Below are positions 1 to 9,435 of a stretch of 64,000 nucleotides of DNA, piece by piece (position 1 is the first letter of the stretch; the number at the start of each line of letters is the position of its first letter). The position numbers were made by a program, and so were the translations under genes. The notes beneath the pieces were generated by a model that was given only the letters and a program-made list of their open reading frames with translations, was not told where the DNA came from and made no database searches. Source of the stretch: Candidatus Poribacteria bacterium (GTDB lineage Bacteria; Poribacteria; WGA-4E; WGA-3G). The DNA lies in assembly GCA_965205015.1 (NCBI GenBank), contig OZ242029.1, positions 5,344,001-5,408,000 of the forward strand, given 5' to 3'.

Positions 1-193
1 TACGCAGGTCGGTTGGTACGGTAAGCACTTCCCCACCCAGCTCGGTTATTTCTGCGGCGACTGCGGCGAGTTGTTCGGTACTTCGCGCGGCGATGACAAG
101 CCGTGCGCCTTCAGCGGCATAGGCGATAGCAATGGCTCTGCCAATGCCGCGCCCGCCACCTGTGATAATAGCGACTTTATCTTTCAGTTGCAT
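1..193 (-). CDS. SDR family oxidoreductase, N-terminal part (runs off the window edge)
   Basis: Manual translation from ATG at 193 gives MQLKDKVAIITGGGRGIGRAIAIAYAAEGA, with the TGxxxGIG Rossmann motif. Confidence 0.9.
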   Translation of the reverse strand, partial: MQLKDKVAIITGGGRGIGRAIAIAYAAEGARLVIAARSTEQLAAVAAEITELGGEVLTVPTDLR

Positions 194-248
194 GATTGAT
201 TCCTTCTGTCGATTCTTCAACCCCGTAGGACGGTCATCTCTGTAGAAT

Positions 249-1064
249 TTAGTTTGAGCGGTGCCACATATTCATGAGGCGTGCGAGTTGCCCGCGACTT
301 GCCTTAATTTTCCGCTCTAAATCTTTGGCGAGCGTCGTCAGCAGATCTGTCCCCGTTTTTTTCGCGGTTTCTACCTGTTGTTTCAGTTGATAGGTGCGTC
401 CTGCCTTGAGGCGGTTTATCTCAAACCGCAATTGGCTCGCGGCTCGGTTCAGCCTTCCCAGCTCTGTATGTAATGCTTTTCGTTTCTCAGTGGCTGTTTC
501 TTCAGGGACATGGAGTTCTGTTTCACCGAGGCTTAACCGCTCTAAGGTCTCAATATCTTGTTCGTTATAGGCTCGGTTGATGAGCGGCATCAGTTGTTCT
601 TGTCGTTCCTCTTCCTTGACATCCATAGCCTTGTCTGGATGATACCGTTTGGCGAGTTTACGGTAGAGGTCTTGTAGGTGTTTCGCTTTGGTATCAGGGA
701 GTTTGTTCTCTGGAGGCGTTGGTTCTGATTCATTTACCGCTTCGTAGGCGTCAACACGCGCACGACTTGCCCTGAAACAGGATTCCACCCGCGCTTCTAT
801 CTCTTCTTCACTCACGTTTTCTCGACGCAGTTGCAGGCGGAGGCGGTACTCCTTCATTTCAAGTTCAACTTTGTCAAGTTCGAGGTAGTGTCGGCTAATA
901 TGTGCGTTGTAGCGTCGCTCAAATACGTCAACTTCTGACTTGAGCGTCTCGATTGCTATGGTAAGTTCTTCTACCTGCCTCTGTCTCGCTTCAATAGCCT
1001 CCAAGAGTCGGGCTGTTTCCTTTTCATCGGTGGTATTGACGTGAATTAAGGCAGCAGGTTTCAT
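249..1064 (-). CDS. Coiled-coil protein with an internal J domain (DnaJ-like co-chaperone)
   Basis: LYRKLAKRYHPDK (HPD motif) followed by INRAY, with heptad-rich helices on both sides. Confidence 0.8.
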   Translation of the reverse strand: MKPAALIHVNTTDEKETARLLEAIEARQRQVEELTIAIETLKSEVDVFERRYNAHISRHYLELDKVELEMKEYRLRLQLRRENVSEEEIEARVESCFRASRARVDAYEAVNESEPTPPENKLPDTKAKHLQDLYRKLAKRYHPDKAMDVKEEERQEQLMPLINRAYNEQDIETLERLSLGETELHVPEETATEKRKALHTELGRLNRAASQLRFEINRLKAGRTYQLKQQVETAKKTGTDLLTTLAKDLERKIKASRGQLARLMNMWHRSN

Positions 1065-1190
1065 AGGAATGTCCTATAGAGCTGACAAAGATCGGTTGTG
1101 CAAACGGGACATGGCATGAAGGTGTCCGAGTTTACGAAAATCTATGACCGATGCGCGGCGGGAAACCGCGCCTACGCGTCTATCTGCAAA

Positions 1191-1550
1191 CTACTTTTTC
1201 CGGTAGGTAATACGTCCCCTTGTAAGATCATAAGGGGAGAGTTCTACAGTTACCTTATCGCCCGGCAAAATTTTGATAAAGAATTTGCGCATTCTGCCAG
1301 AGATATGTGCGAGAATCTGGTGCTTGTTTTCTAATTCCACACGGAACATCGCGTTGGGTAACGGTTCCACAACAGTGCCTTCGACCTCTATTTTATCGTT
1401 TTTAGAGGGCGTTTGTTCCGCGTTTTCAGCTTGAGGTTCCGTATCCACGTTGACATCGGCATCTCGTCGTTTTTTAGATTTCGACTTCCGTTTGGGGTTA
1501 GCCGGCCGCCCCTGCCGTCTTCTTGTATTTCCTGAAGGTCTGCGATTCAC
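1191..1550 (-). CDS. infA: Translation initiation factor IF-1 with an N-terminal extension
   Basis: Core [22 protein letters not shown]...AHISGRMR...[33 protein letters not shown] lies upstream of GTG 1550. Confidence 0.95.
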   Translation of the reverse strand: MNRRPSGNTRRRQGRPANPKRKSKSKKRRDADVNVDTEPQAENAEQTPSKNDKIEVEGTVVEPLPNAMFRVELENKHQILAHISGRMRKFFIKILPGDKVTVELSPYDLTRGRITYRKK

Positions 1551-1588
1551 TGTATAAATCTCCTTGTTACGGACACCAGGGTCCGCTA

Positions 1589-2380
1589 TTATTCGTCTTC
1601 AAAACTAAAACGTTTGTTTGCTTCAACAACCAGTTCTTGGAAGTAAGACGTAGCGAGTTCCAATTGCGTTTCAGCATCCGCTTTGTCCGTACTCGTTGAA
1701 ACAAGGTCGACCGGCATCGTCTCTCCATCCGCTTTACGGAGGGCAACGTATGCCTTTAGATAAACATCTGGGTAGCGTTCCATCACCTTCTGCATCAGCG
1801 GTGAAACTTCGGCTTCGAACATATTGACGTGAACCCGCGTCGTTGTAATTTCGGCGCGGTAACGTGCTGCGATTAAGGGTTGAATATGCGTTTCAAAAAT
1901 TGCCTTCATTTCGCGGGGTGGCCCCGGCATCATCATGATTGTAGAAGACTTGTGTACCACACTGATGCAAGGGGCCCATCCTGCGGGGTTCTGCAAAACG
2001 ACAGCCGTTTCCGGCACAGTCGCCATTTTTGTCAGTGCTTCGCTGATCACATCGTTTTTAGACATCTCACGGCGTTTCCGATATTCAGCGATAGTTTCTG
2101 CGTTCACCACAGGTTTCATGCCGATGAGTGAAGCGACCACTTCAACAGTCATATCGTCGGGTGTCGGACCGAGTCCGCCTGTCGTGAGAATCAGCGATGT
2201 TTCCCGTTCTATTGCCGAATCCAATGCCTCGGACATCTCCTCGCGGTTATCGCGTAACATTGTGACGCGCCGGAGTTCGCCACCAATCTGAAGGATTTGC
2301 TGTGCAATCCAGTGGGCATTGGTGTCCTGAATCTGCCCAAGTACTAACTCCGTGCCGATCGAAAACAGTTCAATTGCCAC
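1589..2380 (-). CDS. CinA-like protein (molybdopterin-binding/MocF domain, no PncC domain)
   Basis: [34 protein letters not shown] and MPGPPREM motifs. Confidence 0.85.
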   Translation of the reverse strand: MAIELFSIGTELVLGQIQDTNAHWIAQQILQIGGELRRVTMLRDNREEMSEALDSAIERETSLILTTGGLGPTPDDMTVEVVASLIGMKPVVNAETIAEYRKRREMSKNDVISEALTKMATVPETAVVLQNPAGWAPCISVVHKSSTIMMMPGPPREMKAIFETHIQPLIAARYRAEITTTRVHVNMFEAEVSPLMQKVMERYPDVYLKAYVALRKADGETMPVDLVSTSTDKADAETQLELATSYFQELVVEANKRFSFEDE

Positions 2381-2394
2381 GCTATTCTCCTTGT

Positions 2395-3435
2395 TTATAG
2401 CACCTGTTTAAGAAACTCAAATGCGCCGACACCGTGGAAGCTATGGCCTGCCTCGAAGACTTCAAGGTCCAATTTGTCTTCAGCCCCGAAGCATTTATAA
2501 ATTGCTTTTGCCTCGTTAACCGCAAAGCGGGTGGCTTCAATCGGAAAGATCGTGTCTTCCGTGCCGGATTCAACGAACATCGCGCGCGGTGCGATCAACC
2601 CGGCGATGTCGTACATTTCTGCATATTGTAACACATTTGGTATATAATTGTCTATACAATGGCTAAGGCTCAGGATACTGTCCCGAAACGTGTTGAAGTA
2701 ACCGCTCACAACAGCCGCCTGAACGCGTTCATCAATTGCAGCAGTGAAAAAAGTGGTTGTGCCACCGCCGGAAATTCCCATCACACCGATGCGGTTCATA
2801 TCGACCTCCCGGCGCGTTGCCAAATAGTCAAGGGCGCGCATAGCATCGTAAACCCGCCAACCGACCATTGTATGCCCTAAAAGTAAGGCGGCACCCGCGC
2901 TCGGTTGACACGAGGAACTCCCGCCACCCTTCTCATGAGCGATAGGATCCCGTCGGTGCCCAAACCCGAATTGCTCAATCGCAAGCACAGTGTACCCGTT
3001 TGCCACACACTGGAGCGCGAAGTCGTTCTGATAGCCGCCATATTCTGCTCGCATGGCACCGTCTTCCTCAATTCCGACGATGTCATCTACGCCGCGCCCG
3101 TGACCCGCTAAACAGAGAATCGTGGGTTTCGGGGTTGAATTCTCGAGCGGTTTCGGAGAAAGGAAATATCCGAAAATATTGGCGTGTGGACGACTCTGAA
3201 ACTGCACCGTCTCGCGGGAGTAGGTTGGGAATTCGCAAGTATCCAGAATTTCTGCTTGTAGGTCGCATGTTTCCTGTGGAAAACCACCAACTAATTCGAT
3301 AAGTTTTGCCCGTAGGTCGCGCTGCCAGGCTTCCGCTTCTGCGATACTCGTCGCCTGAAACGCCAGCTGGCGCGGGGTTTCCGCATATAACTGATGCGAA
3401 AATGCTAATGTATCTCGTTCCTGTTCATAATACAT
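2395..3435 (-). CDS. Alpha/beta hydrolase (dienelactone hydrolase/acetyl esterase-like)
   Basis: GISGGG nucleophile elbow, D in GTEDTIF and H in AGHSF. Start moved to ATG 3435 because of an AAGG RBS. Confidence 0.85.
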   Translation of the reverse strand: MYYEQERDTLAFSHQLYAETPRQLAFQATSIAEAEAWQRDLRAKLIELVGGFPQETCDLQAEILDTCEFPTYSRETVQFQSRPHANIFGYFLSPKPLENSTPKPTILCLAGHGRGVDDIVGIEEDGAMRAEYGGYQNDFALQCVANGYTVLAIEQFGFGHRRDPIAHEKGGGSSSCQPSAGAALLLGHTMVGWRVYDAMRALDYLATRREVDMNRIGVMGISGGGTTTFFTAAIDERVQAAVVSGYFNTFRDSILSLSHCIDNYIPNVLQYAEMYDIAGLIAPRAMFVESGTEDTIFPIEATRFAVNEAKAIYKCFGAEDKLDLEVFEAGHSFHGVGAFEFLKQVL

Positions 3436-3520
3436 TCTTTTAATTTTCCTTGCGGTTCGGTAAGCTAAGTTTGAAAATCTCAACCCCTTATTGACAGCAT
3501 CCCTACAAAGATTTATCGGA

Positions 3521-4783
3521 TTATTCATTCAACAAATTTAAGACCAACCCTGTTGCCATCTTCGGATAGAAGTAGGTGGATTTCTGTGGCATTGTCGAGC
3601 CTGCCATAGCCACATCTAAAACCTGTTCAACGGGGGTCGGGTTCATCAGAAGTGCGACCCGATCTGTACCTTCTTTCACGTGTGCAATGGCATCATCTGC
3701 ATAGGCGGTGTAACTGATGTGTTCCGCCACTGTCTCAATTTGGAATAGATTTTTGATGAGGGTTTCTTGAACAAGCGTTACATCCAATTGGTTAGCCGTC
3801 ATTGAATGTGGAATCAACAACCGGTAAGTATCGTCTGCTGTGTACATGCCAACGGCAGGGGCTTTCCCTCTCATCGTATCTAATTTTGCCATGAGATTCG
3901 ACTGTGTGTCAATTTCATGCACCGCAAACACCTCTATCAGTTTAGCGATAGCGTGTCTGATCTGATCTGCCTTGAGGTTAGACAGGAGTCGATGAATTGC
4001 TAAGACTGCCAAACCCGGTGCTTCCATTCTGACAAGGTTCACCATCATGTAATTGTAACCACTGGAGGCGCCGTCTGAGGTCTTCTGAACCATTTCGTCT
4101 CGAAAGGCGAGAGCGGTTTCATAACGATGATGTCCATCGGCGATCAGGAGCGGTTTTTCTGAGAAGCGTGCCTGAATTTCGCTATTGCGTTCTGCGTCGT
4201 CTAAACACCAGAGGTGGTGCGTACTGCCAAAAGTTTCCGGACAGTCGATCTGGGGTTGATTTTCATCGGTGAAACTATTCATGATCCGTTCAATATCCCC
4301 GGCAGGATCGGCGTAGAGAAGGAAGATCGGGCTGAGATTGGCGTGACATTCCCGCATGAGATTGAGGCGATCCGCCTTCGGTCCGGCGTGTGTTTTTTCG
4401 TGGGGTAGGACCACCCGATTTTCAAAGGGTTCCAGTTTCACGAGGGCTATTAAGGCACGGCGTGTATAGTTTTTCCCATCAGGGGCATTAAAAGACTGAT
4501 CGTAGATGTAATACCGGGGTGTTGCGTCTCGGACGAGGGTGCCGTCTGAAATCCACTGCTGCATGCGTACGGCGGCGCGTGTGTACTGGTTCTCATCGTC
4601 AGTGTCATTCTCTTGCGGTTGGCTTAAGATTAAGCGAATGATATTGGCGGGATGGCGTGCCTCTAAAGCGATCCGTTCATCGGATGTGATGACATCGTAA
4701 GGGGGGGCGATGACGTTCTCAATGCTTTTCACTTGGGTCGCGTTGTAGCGTAAGCCTCGAAACGGAATAACTGTTGTTTCCAT
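3521..4783 (-). CDS. DUF1015 family protein
   Basis: PFRGLRY, APPYDVI, PHEKT, IADGHHRY and MPQKSTYFYPK motifs. Start moved to ATG 4783. Confidence 0.85.
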   Translation of the reverse strand: METTVIPFRGLRYNATQVKSIENVIAPPYDVITSDERIALEARHPANIIRLILSQPQENDTDDENQYTRAAVRMQQWISDGTLVRDATPRYYIYDQSFNAPDGKNYTRRALIALVKLEPFENRVVLPHEKTHAGPKADRLNLMRECHANLSPIFLLYADPAGDIERIMNSFTDENQPQIDCPETFGSTHHLWCLDDAERNSEIQARFSEKPLLIADGHHRYETALAFRDEMVQKTSDGASSGYNYMMVNLVRMEAPGLAVLAIHRLLSNLKADQIRHAIAKLIEVFAVHEIDTQSNLMAKLDTMRGKAPAVGMYTADDTYRLLIPHSMTANQLDVTLVQETLIKNLFQIETVAEHISYTAYADDAIAHVKEGTDRVALLMNPTPVEQVLDVAMAGSTMPQKSTYFYPKMATGLVLNLLNE

Positions 4784-4796
4784 GGAACTCCCTGGG

Positions 4797-5726
4797 TTAA
4801 TCCCATAATCTTGTGCTGAAATAGCGCTCGCCGAGATCATTAAAGACTGTGACGATAACACCTTCCTGCATTTGTTGGGCGACTTTGTAGGCACCGTAGA
4901 GATAGCCACCCGAAGATTGTCCGACGAACCACCCCCGTCGTGCGAGTCGACTGCACATTTCGTGGGCATTTTCAATCGTCGCAGGAATCCGACAATCAAT
5001 CACCGATTCGTCCAAGATTTCTGGAACGATGTCGTCTGGATGTCCGAGCGGTTTAAGGCCTTCAATACCGGGAAACGCCTCTGGTGAAATGGAACAGACT
5101 TGAATGTCTGGGTTATAGTTTTTAAGCCGCCTGCCGACACCCGTGATAGTGCCACCCGTCCCTACACCTGCGACAAAGTGCGTGACTTTCCCACCTGTTT
5201 GGTTCCAAATTTCGACACCTGTTGTTTCATAATGGGCGCGCCAGTTGTTGTCATTTTCGTATTGCGATTTGAAGAAATACCGCTCAGGATCCGATTCGTA
5301 ACGCCGATCAACTTCCCGTAACGCCTCGTCGTAACCGAGAATAGCATCTGTATAGATAACGTCTGCACCGTGTGAGTGAATACGTTTTTTTCGTTCCTCG
5401 CTGGCATTGTCTGGGATCACGAGTTCAACTTTATAGCCGAGTGTGGCACCTATCATGGCGTAGGCGATCCCGGCGTTGCCGGAGCTGGAATCGAGGATAA
5501 CCTTTTCTCGTGTGAGTTCCCCCGATGCAATCGCCTCGGTGAGCATTCTTAGGACAGGTCGGTCTTTGATTGAACCACCGGGGTTGTAGGTTTCCACCTT
5601 CGCGTAGATGTCAACATTCGGCAACTCGTTTGAAAAGAGATCTATTTTGGCGAGCGGTGTCTGTCCGATTATCTGAAGTAGTGGATAGTCTGAAAGATTC
5701 ACCTTTCCAGGCTTTCGCTTGCTCAT
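4797..5726 (-). CDS. PLP-dependent cysteine synthase (CysK/CysM family)
   Basis: NPGGSIKDR PLP lysine, SSGNAG, GVGTGGT and GQSSG motifs. Confidence 0.9.
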   Translation of the reverse strand: MSKRKPGKVNLSDYPLLQIIGQTPLAKIDLFSNELPNVDIYAKVETYNPGGSIKDRPVLRMLTEAIASGELTREKVILDSSSGNAGIAYAMIGATLGYKVELVIPDNASEERKKRIHSHGADVIYTDAILGYDEALREVDRRYESDPERYFFKSQYENDNNWRAHYETTGVEIWNQTGGKVTHFVAGVGTGGTITGVGRRLKNYNPDIQVCSISPEAFPGIEGLKPLGHPDDIVPEILDESVIDCRIPATIENAHEMCSRLARRGWFVGQSSGGYLYGAYKVAQQMQEGVIVTVFNDLGERYFSTRLWD

Positions 5727-6379
5727 GGAGTGTTGTTTATCCTACCTTTGGTGTTTTTTGTAGCGGTTGAAGCTATTTTTAGGCGTTCGTCCAATAAGCG
5801 TTCCATATAGGTCCGTGCGGCATCTCCTGTTAATTGTCCATTGAGGATAGATGATACTTCAAATTCGGCTAACCTCACAGTTGGATTGAGACCGTTCAAC
5901 GGTGGTAGCCAGTCTCGGAACGTATCGAAGAAAGCGCGTTGCGCAGCACGACCGTTGGCATACGGAAAATCCGCTGTACGCCGCCGAAACCGATCCGGTC
6001 CTTTTGCGAGTGCTGCCACGTGATGTTGTTGGCAAAACTGGCGGTATTTCTGCGACTCGTAAGCGAGTGGGATGTTCGCTGGATAAAACCGGAAGGTTTG
6101 CTCTCGATAGTGTGTAAAATGTTGAAGTTCATCAAATTCAAAGATAAAGTGATACGGTTCTGGGAAATAGGCATCGGGGATCAAATAACCGTCAGCTTTT
6201 GCTGTTGTATTTTCCCAGTCCCCTTTTAACTCAGTATAGAGCACCATCACGGCATCGTAATGCTCACCGAAATCTTTGGACCGTGGTTTATTACAGAGCC
6301 AATCAAAGTGGGTGCGGCGTTCTGCGGTTATTCCCAAGACCTCTTCTACCAGTGCGATGATACCAACCTCTAACCGCAT
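5723..6379 (-). CDS. Hypothetical protein with a restriction-endonuclease-like (PD-(D/E)xK/Vsr-like) motif
   Basis: PDAY...FEFDELQHF pattern. The stop overlaps the cysteine synthase start (ATGA). Confidence 0.55.
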   Translation of the reverse strand: MRLEVGIIALVEEVLGITAERRTHFDWLCNKPRSKDFGEHYDAVMVLYTELKGDWENTTAKADGYLIPDAYFPEPYHFIFEFDELQHFTHYREQTFRFYPANIPLAYESQKYRQFCQQHHVAALAKGPDRFRRRTADFPYANGRAAQRAFFDTFRDWLPPLNGLNPTVRLAEFEVSSILNGQLTGDAARTYMERLLDERLKIASTATKNTKGRINNTP

Positions 6380-6402
6380 GCAGATCCCCTCGGTTCCCTT
6401 CT

Positions 6403-6494
6403 GTAGGGGCAGCCCTTGTGGCTGCCCTACGCCTTGTAGCAGCCCTTGTGGCTGTCCTACGCCTTGTAGCAGCCCTACGCCTTGTGGCAGCTCC
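6403..6494 (+). repeat. Tandem array (about 30-bp unit) of a GTAG-initiated REP-like palindrome
   Basis: GTAGGGGCAGCC-CTTGT-GGCTGCCCTAC, followed by two decayed copies of GCAGCCCTTGTGGCTGYCCTACGCCTTGTA. Confidence 0.85.
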
Positions 6495-6510
6495 GTAATT
6501 TATATCAATT

Positions 6511-7317
6511 TTAGACAGGCGCGATGTCGAGATCCTTCAGTGTCTCCCCATTTGTTGCGCTAATTAAACTCGCAAGGTAGTCGCGATCGCGTTGGAGGGC
6601 TTCCAATTTGTTATCACCGTGGACGAACTCTACTTCTAAGTATCCATTGTATCCCGCTGCGCTCAGCGTTTCCACGATTCGGGTGTAATCTACCACACCG
6701 TCTGCGATGGGACATCCTTTCCCGGTTTCGTCAAAATTTTGGGCGTGGACGTTTACGATATGTTCAGCAAGTTTTTCAGCGGCGGTATGTGGTTCGTCGG
6801 CATCCGAACGGGCAAGGGGTTGATAATAAGTTTGCAGTGAAGGCACGCGAACCCCTTCAATCGCCTCCAAGATGCTGGCGACACTGTCGGTGAGATGGTT
6901 ATTGTGCATTTCCAGTCCAAGTCGAATATCTCGGAAATTTGCCCATTGTGCGAGGCTTACCAATCGGAAGAGAATCAGGCGTTTATCAGAAGGCGTGATG
7001 GATTTCGAAGGACCGCCACCAGACCAAATTCTGACGAGATCGGTGCCTAATTCATGCGCGATTTTGAAGGCTTCTTCAAAATGTTGCTGGTGTAGATCCA
7101 TTAACGGTTCTACGTATGAACCGAACGCTGAAATCGACAATCCTTTCCGGTGCGCCATATCCTTGACATTCTTGACGTAATTTTCGTCGTAATCCGCTGG
7201 GAGGTGAGGTGGTTTTCCCCAAATTTCGATGCCATCAAAGCCATAATCCGCCGCTATGTCGATAACCTCTTCCAACGGTTTTTCCTGAAAGGCGATGGTG
7301 CATAAACCTAATTTCAT
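6511..7317 (-). CDS. Sugar phosphate isomerase/epimerase (AP endonuclease 2 TIM barrel)
   Basis: GFDGIEIW, LEMH, VHAQN and GYLEVE motifs. Start at ATG 7317. Confidence 0.85.
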   Translation of the reverse strand: MKLGLCTIAFQEKPLEEVIDIAADYGFDGIEIWGKPPHLPADYDENYVKNVKDMAHRKGLSISAFGSYVEPLMDLHQQHFEEAFKIAHELGTDLVRIWSGGGPSKSITPSDKRLILFRLVSLAQWANFRDIRLGLEMHNNHLTDSVASILEAIEGVRVPSLQTYYQPLARSDADEPHTAAEKLAEHIVNVHAQNFDETGKGCPIADGVVDYTRIVETLSAAGYNGYLEVEFVHGDNKLEALQRDRDYLASLISATNGETLKDLDIAPV

Positions 7318-7467
7318 CGTTTTTCCCCTATATCCTATTGCTGTATAAATTAGGATACCACAGGTATAAACGGATTGCAAGAAAAGTTTTCGATAGTTCC
7401 AGAGACATTCGGTTTTAACCCTATAGGGGTGGCATCTACAACCTTTGACAAAATATTGACACCCCCC

Positions 7468-7496
7468 TTGACACAGTTTAGCAAATCAGTTATACT
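7468..7496 (+). promoter_or_regulatory. sigma70-type promoter for modAB
   Basis: TTGACA(7468)-17 bp-TATACT(7491). Confidence 0.75.
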
Positions 7497-7556
7497 TGTC
7501 AAGTGTTTTTTCGGATTGGAGAGACTCTTAAATTGTGCTACAGGTCGTCAGAGATA

Positions 7557-8336
7557 ATGCAGCGAGGCGTTAAATTTCTCACCGCAATTAGTTTAGTGTT
7601 CACTCTGTTTTCGGGGTGTGCAACAGATAAGCAGAAACCGATCGAGTTAAGTATCTTCGCTGCTATCAGCTTGACGGACGCACTTGGTGAAATTGGGGCA
7701 GCGTTCACAGCGGAAAGTGGAATTAAAATTTTTTACAATTTCGCCGCATCTACGACCTTACAACGCCAACTCGAAAAGGGGGCGACAGCCGATATCTTTA
7801 TCTCTGCAAGTCCGCGCCAAGTCGTTGTCTTAGAAACGAAAGGACTGATTGAAGCCGAGAGTCGCCGTGATGTGTTAACCAATCGGTTAGTGCTTGTCTC
7901 TGATGATACCGAGAAGATTTCTGTAGAAACGCTTGCTAACCTTGCAGCACCTGAGATTTCGAGAATCGCGATTGGGCATCCAAATATAGTGCCTGCTGGC
8001 GCTTACGCGAAAGAAGCCTTGACGCATTTTGGAGTATGGGAGACGTTACGCCCGAAGTTGATTTTCGGTATGGATGTCCGCGCCACGCTTGCGTATGTAA
8101 CCGCCGGAAATGCGGATGTAGCGATTGTGTATAAAACCGACACAACGCTAACCCGACACATAAAAGTGCTTTATCAGTTACCACCTGAAGCATATACGCC
8201 GATCATCTATCCTGCTGTCGTCATGAAGAAGAGTCTCCGAAAACAATTGGCGCGTAGATTTATGACATACCTACATTCAATGGAGAGCGGTGAAATTTTT
8301 GAAAAGCACGGATTCACCTTTCTGGGACCAAAATGA
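7557..8336 (+). CDS. modA: Molybdate ABC transporter substrate-binding lipoprotein
   Basis: Lipobox FSGC, AAISL, FAASTTL, ADIFISAS, VPAGAYA and VYKTD. Confidence 0.92.
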   Translation: MQRGVKFLTAISLVFTLFSGCATDKQKPIELSIFAAISLTDALGEIGAAFTAESGIKIFYNFAASTTLQRQLEKGATADIFISASPRQVVVLETKGLIEAESRRDVLTNRLVLVSDDTEKISVETLANLAAPEISRIAIGHPNIVPAGAYAKEALTHFGVWETLRPKLIFGMDVRATLAYVTAGNADVAIVYKTDTTLTRHIKVLYQLPPEAYTPIIYPAVVMKKSLRKQLARRFMTYLHSMESGEIFEKHGFTFLGPK

Positions 8337-8998
8337 GGATTACCCCCGCCGAAGTTGCTGCCCTCTCTTTATCTATAAAAGTTGCCTTGTTCAGTCTTGT
8401 TATAATGTTGCCACCGGGGTTATGGGTCGGTTGGCTACTGGCAAAACGGACATTTCCAGGGAAGACGTTCCTAAATACGCTGGTGATGTGTCCGTTGGTG
8501 CTACCGCCTATCGTCAGTGGATATTTACTCCTGATTCTATTCGGAAAATACGGATTCATTGGTGGATTTATCTATCAAACTTTCGGCATAGAGATCGTTT
8601 TTTCTCAGTTAGCTGTTATTATTGCCGTCTCGATTATCTCATTTCCACTGTTGGTCCGTGGTATTGTGACAGGAATGGAGTCTGTTCCATTGGAGCTTGA
8701 AAGTGCAGCACGGACGCTTGGCGCCTCGCCATTCAAGGTGTTTTGGACGATAACATTTCCACTCGCACATCGCGGAATTATCGGTGGAACGATCCTCGGT
8801 TTCTCCAAAAGTCTGGGTGAATTTGGTGCCACGATCATGGTGGCAGGAAATATTCCCGGCAAAACCCAAACCATGGCGTTAGCGATTTTCAGTGCTGTAC
8901 ATCTCGGGGAGGATGCCTCTGTCTATCGGTTAGTGTTTATTTCAACCGTTGTTGCTTTCATAGCACTCTGGTTAACGGAACGTTTTACCCTCCGATAG
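8333..8998 (+). CDS. modB: Molybdate ABC transporter permease
   Basis: PLVLPPIVSG, AARTLGA EAA-loop and SLGEFGATIMVAGNIPGKTQT. Confidence 0.95.
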   Translation: MRITPAEVAALSLSIKVALFSLVIMLPPGLWVGWLLAKRTFPGKTFLNTLVMCPLVLPPIVSGYLLLILFGKYGFIGGFIYQTFGIEIVFSQLAVIIAVSIISFPLLVRGIVTGMESVPLELESAARTLGASPFKVFWTITFPLAHRGIIGGTILGFSKSLGEFGATIMVAGNIPGKTQTMALAIFSAVHLGEDASVYRLVFISTVVAFIALWLTERFTLR

Positions 8999-9154
8999 AC
9001 GCGCTTTTTATAGAAGATCCTAAGTGTCAATTTTAGAAAAAACGCGTGCTAAATTGACTGGCTATGGTGCGGCTTGTAACCTCACCGGATATGGTTATGA
9101 AATTAAAGATGATGCTACAAAGTGGCAACTCACATGATATAAAGGGAGAATGAT

Positions 9155-9424
9155 ATGGATTGGGGAATAGGTTTCGTTGTTATTATCGCCGTGGCAGGTG
9201 TGCTACTGGTTTGGTATCTATATCGACGTTCCAAAAATGAAACCACTGAGAATACAGAGGAACCGACAGACAATGCTGACGACGGCTATGAAGATTTGCT
9301 TTTAACAGGTCTAATGCTCGAAGAAATCTATGAGGACGATCAGAATGCATCTGACGATCAGGATGCTGACGGCTATGATAATGGATTCGACGGGGGTTAT
9401 GATGACGGTGGGGGATTAGAGTAA
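9155..9424 (+). CDS. Small single-TM protein with a very acidic Gly/Asp tail
   Basis: AAGGGAG RBS, N-terminal hydrophobic helix and DNGFDGGYDDGGG tail. Confidence 0.7.
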   Translation: MDWGIGFVVIIAVAGVLLVWYLYRRSKNETTENTEEPTDNADDGYEDLLLTGLMLEEIYEDDQNASDDQDADGYDNGFDGGYDDGGGLE

Positions 9425-9435
9425 TAGGGGTTGCT

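Noticed and set aside
4784-4999. N-terminal extension of the DUF1015 ORF
   Set aside because: It overlaps the cysteine synthase, and family homology begins at ATG 4783.
6403-6494. Possible CRISPR array
   Set aside because: The units are directly tandem with no unique spacers, and no cas genes are present. This is a REP-like array.
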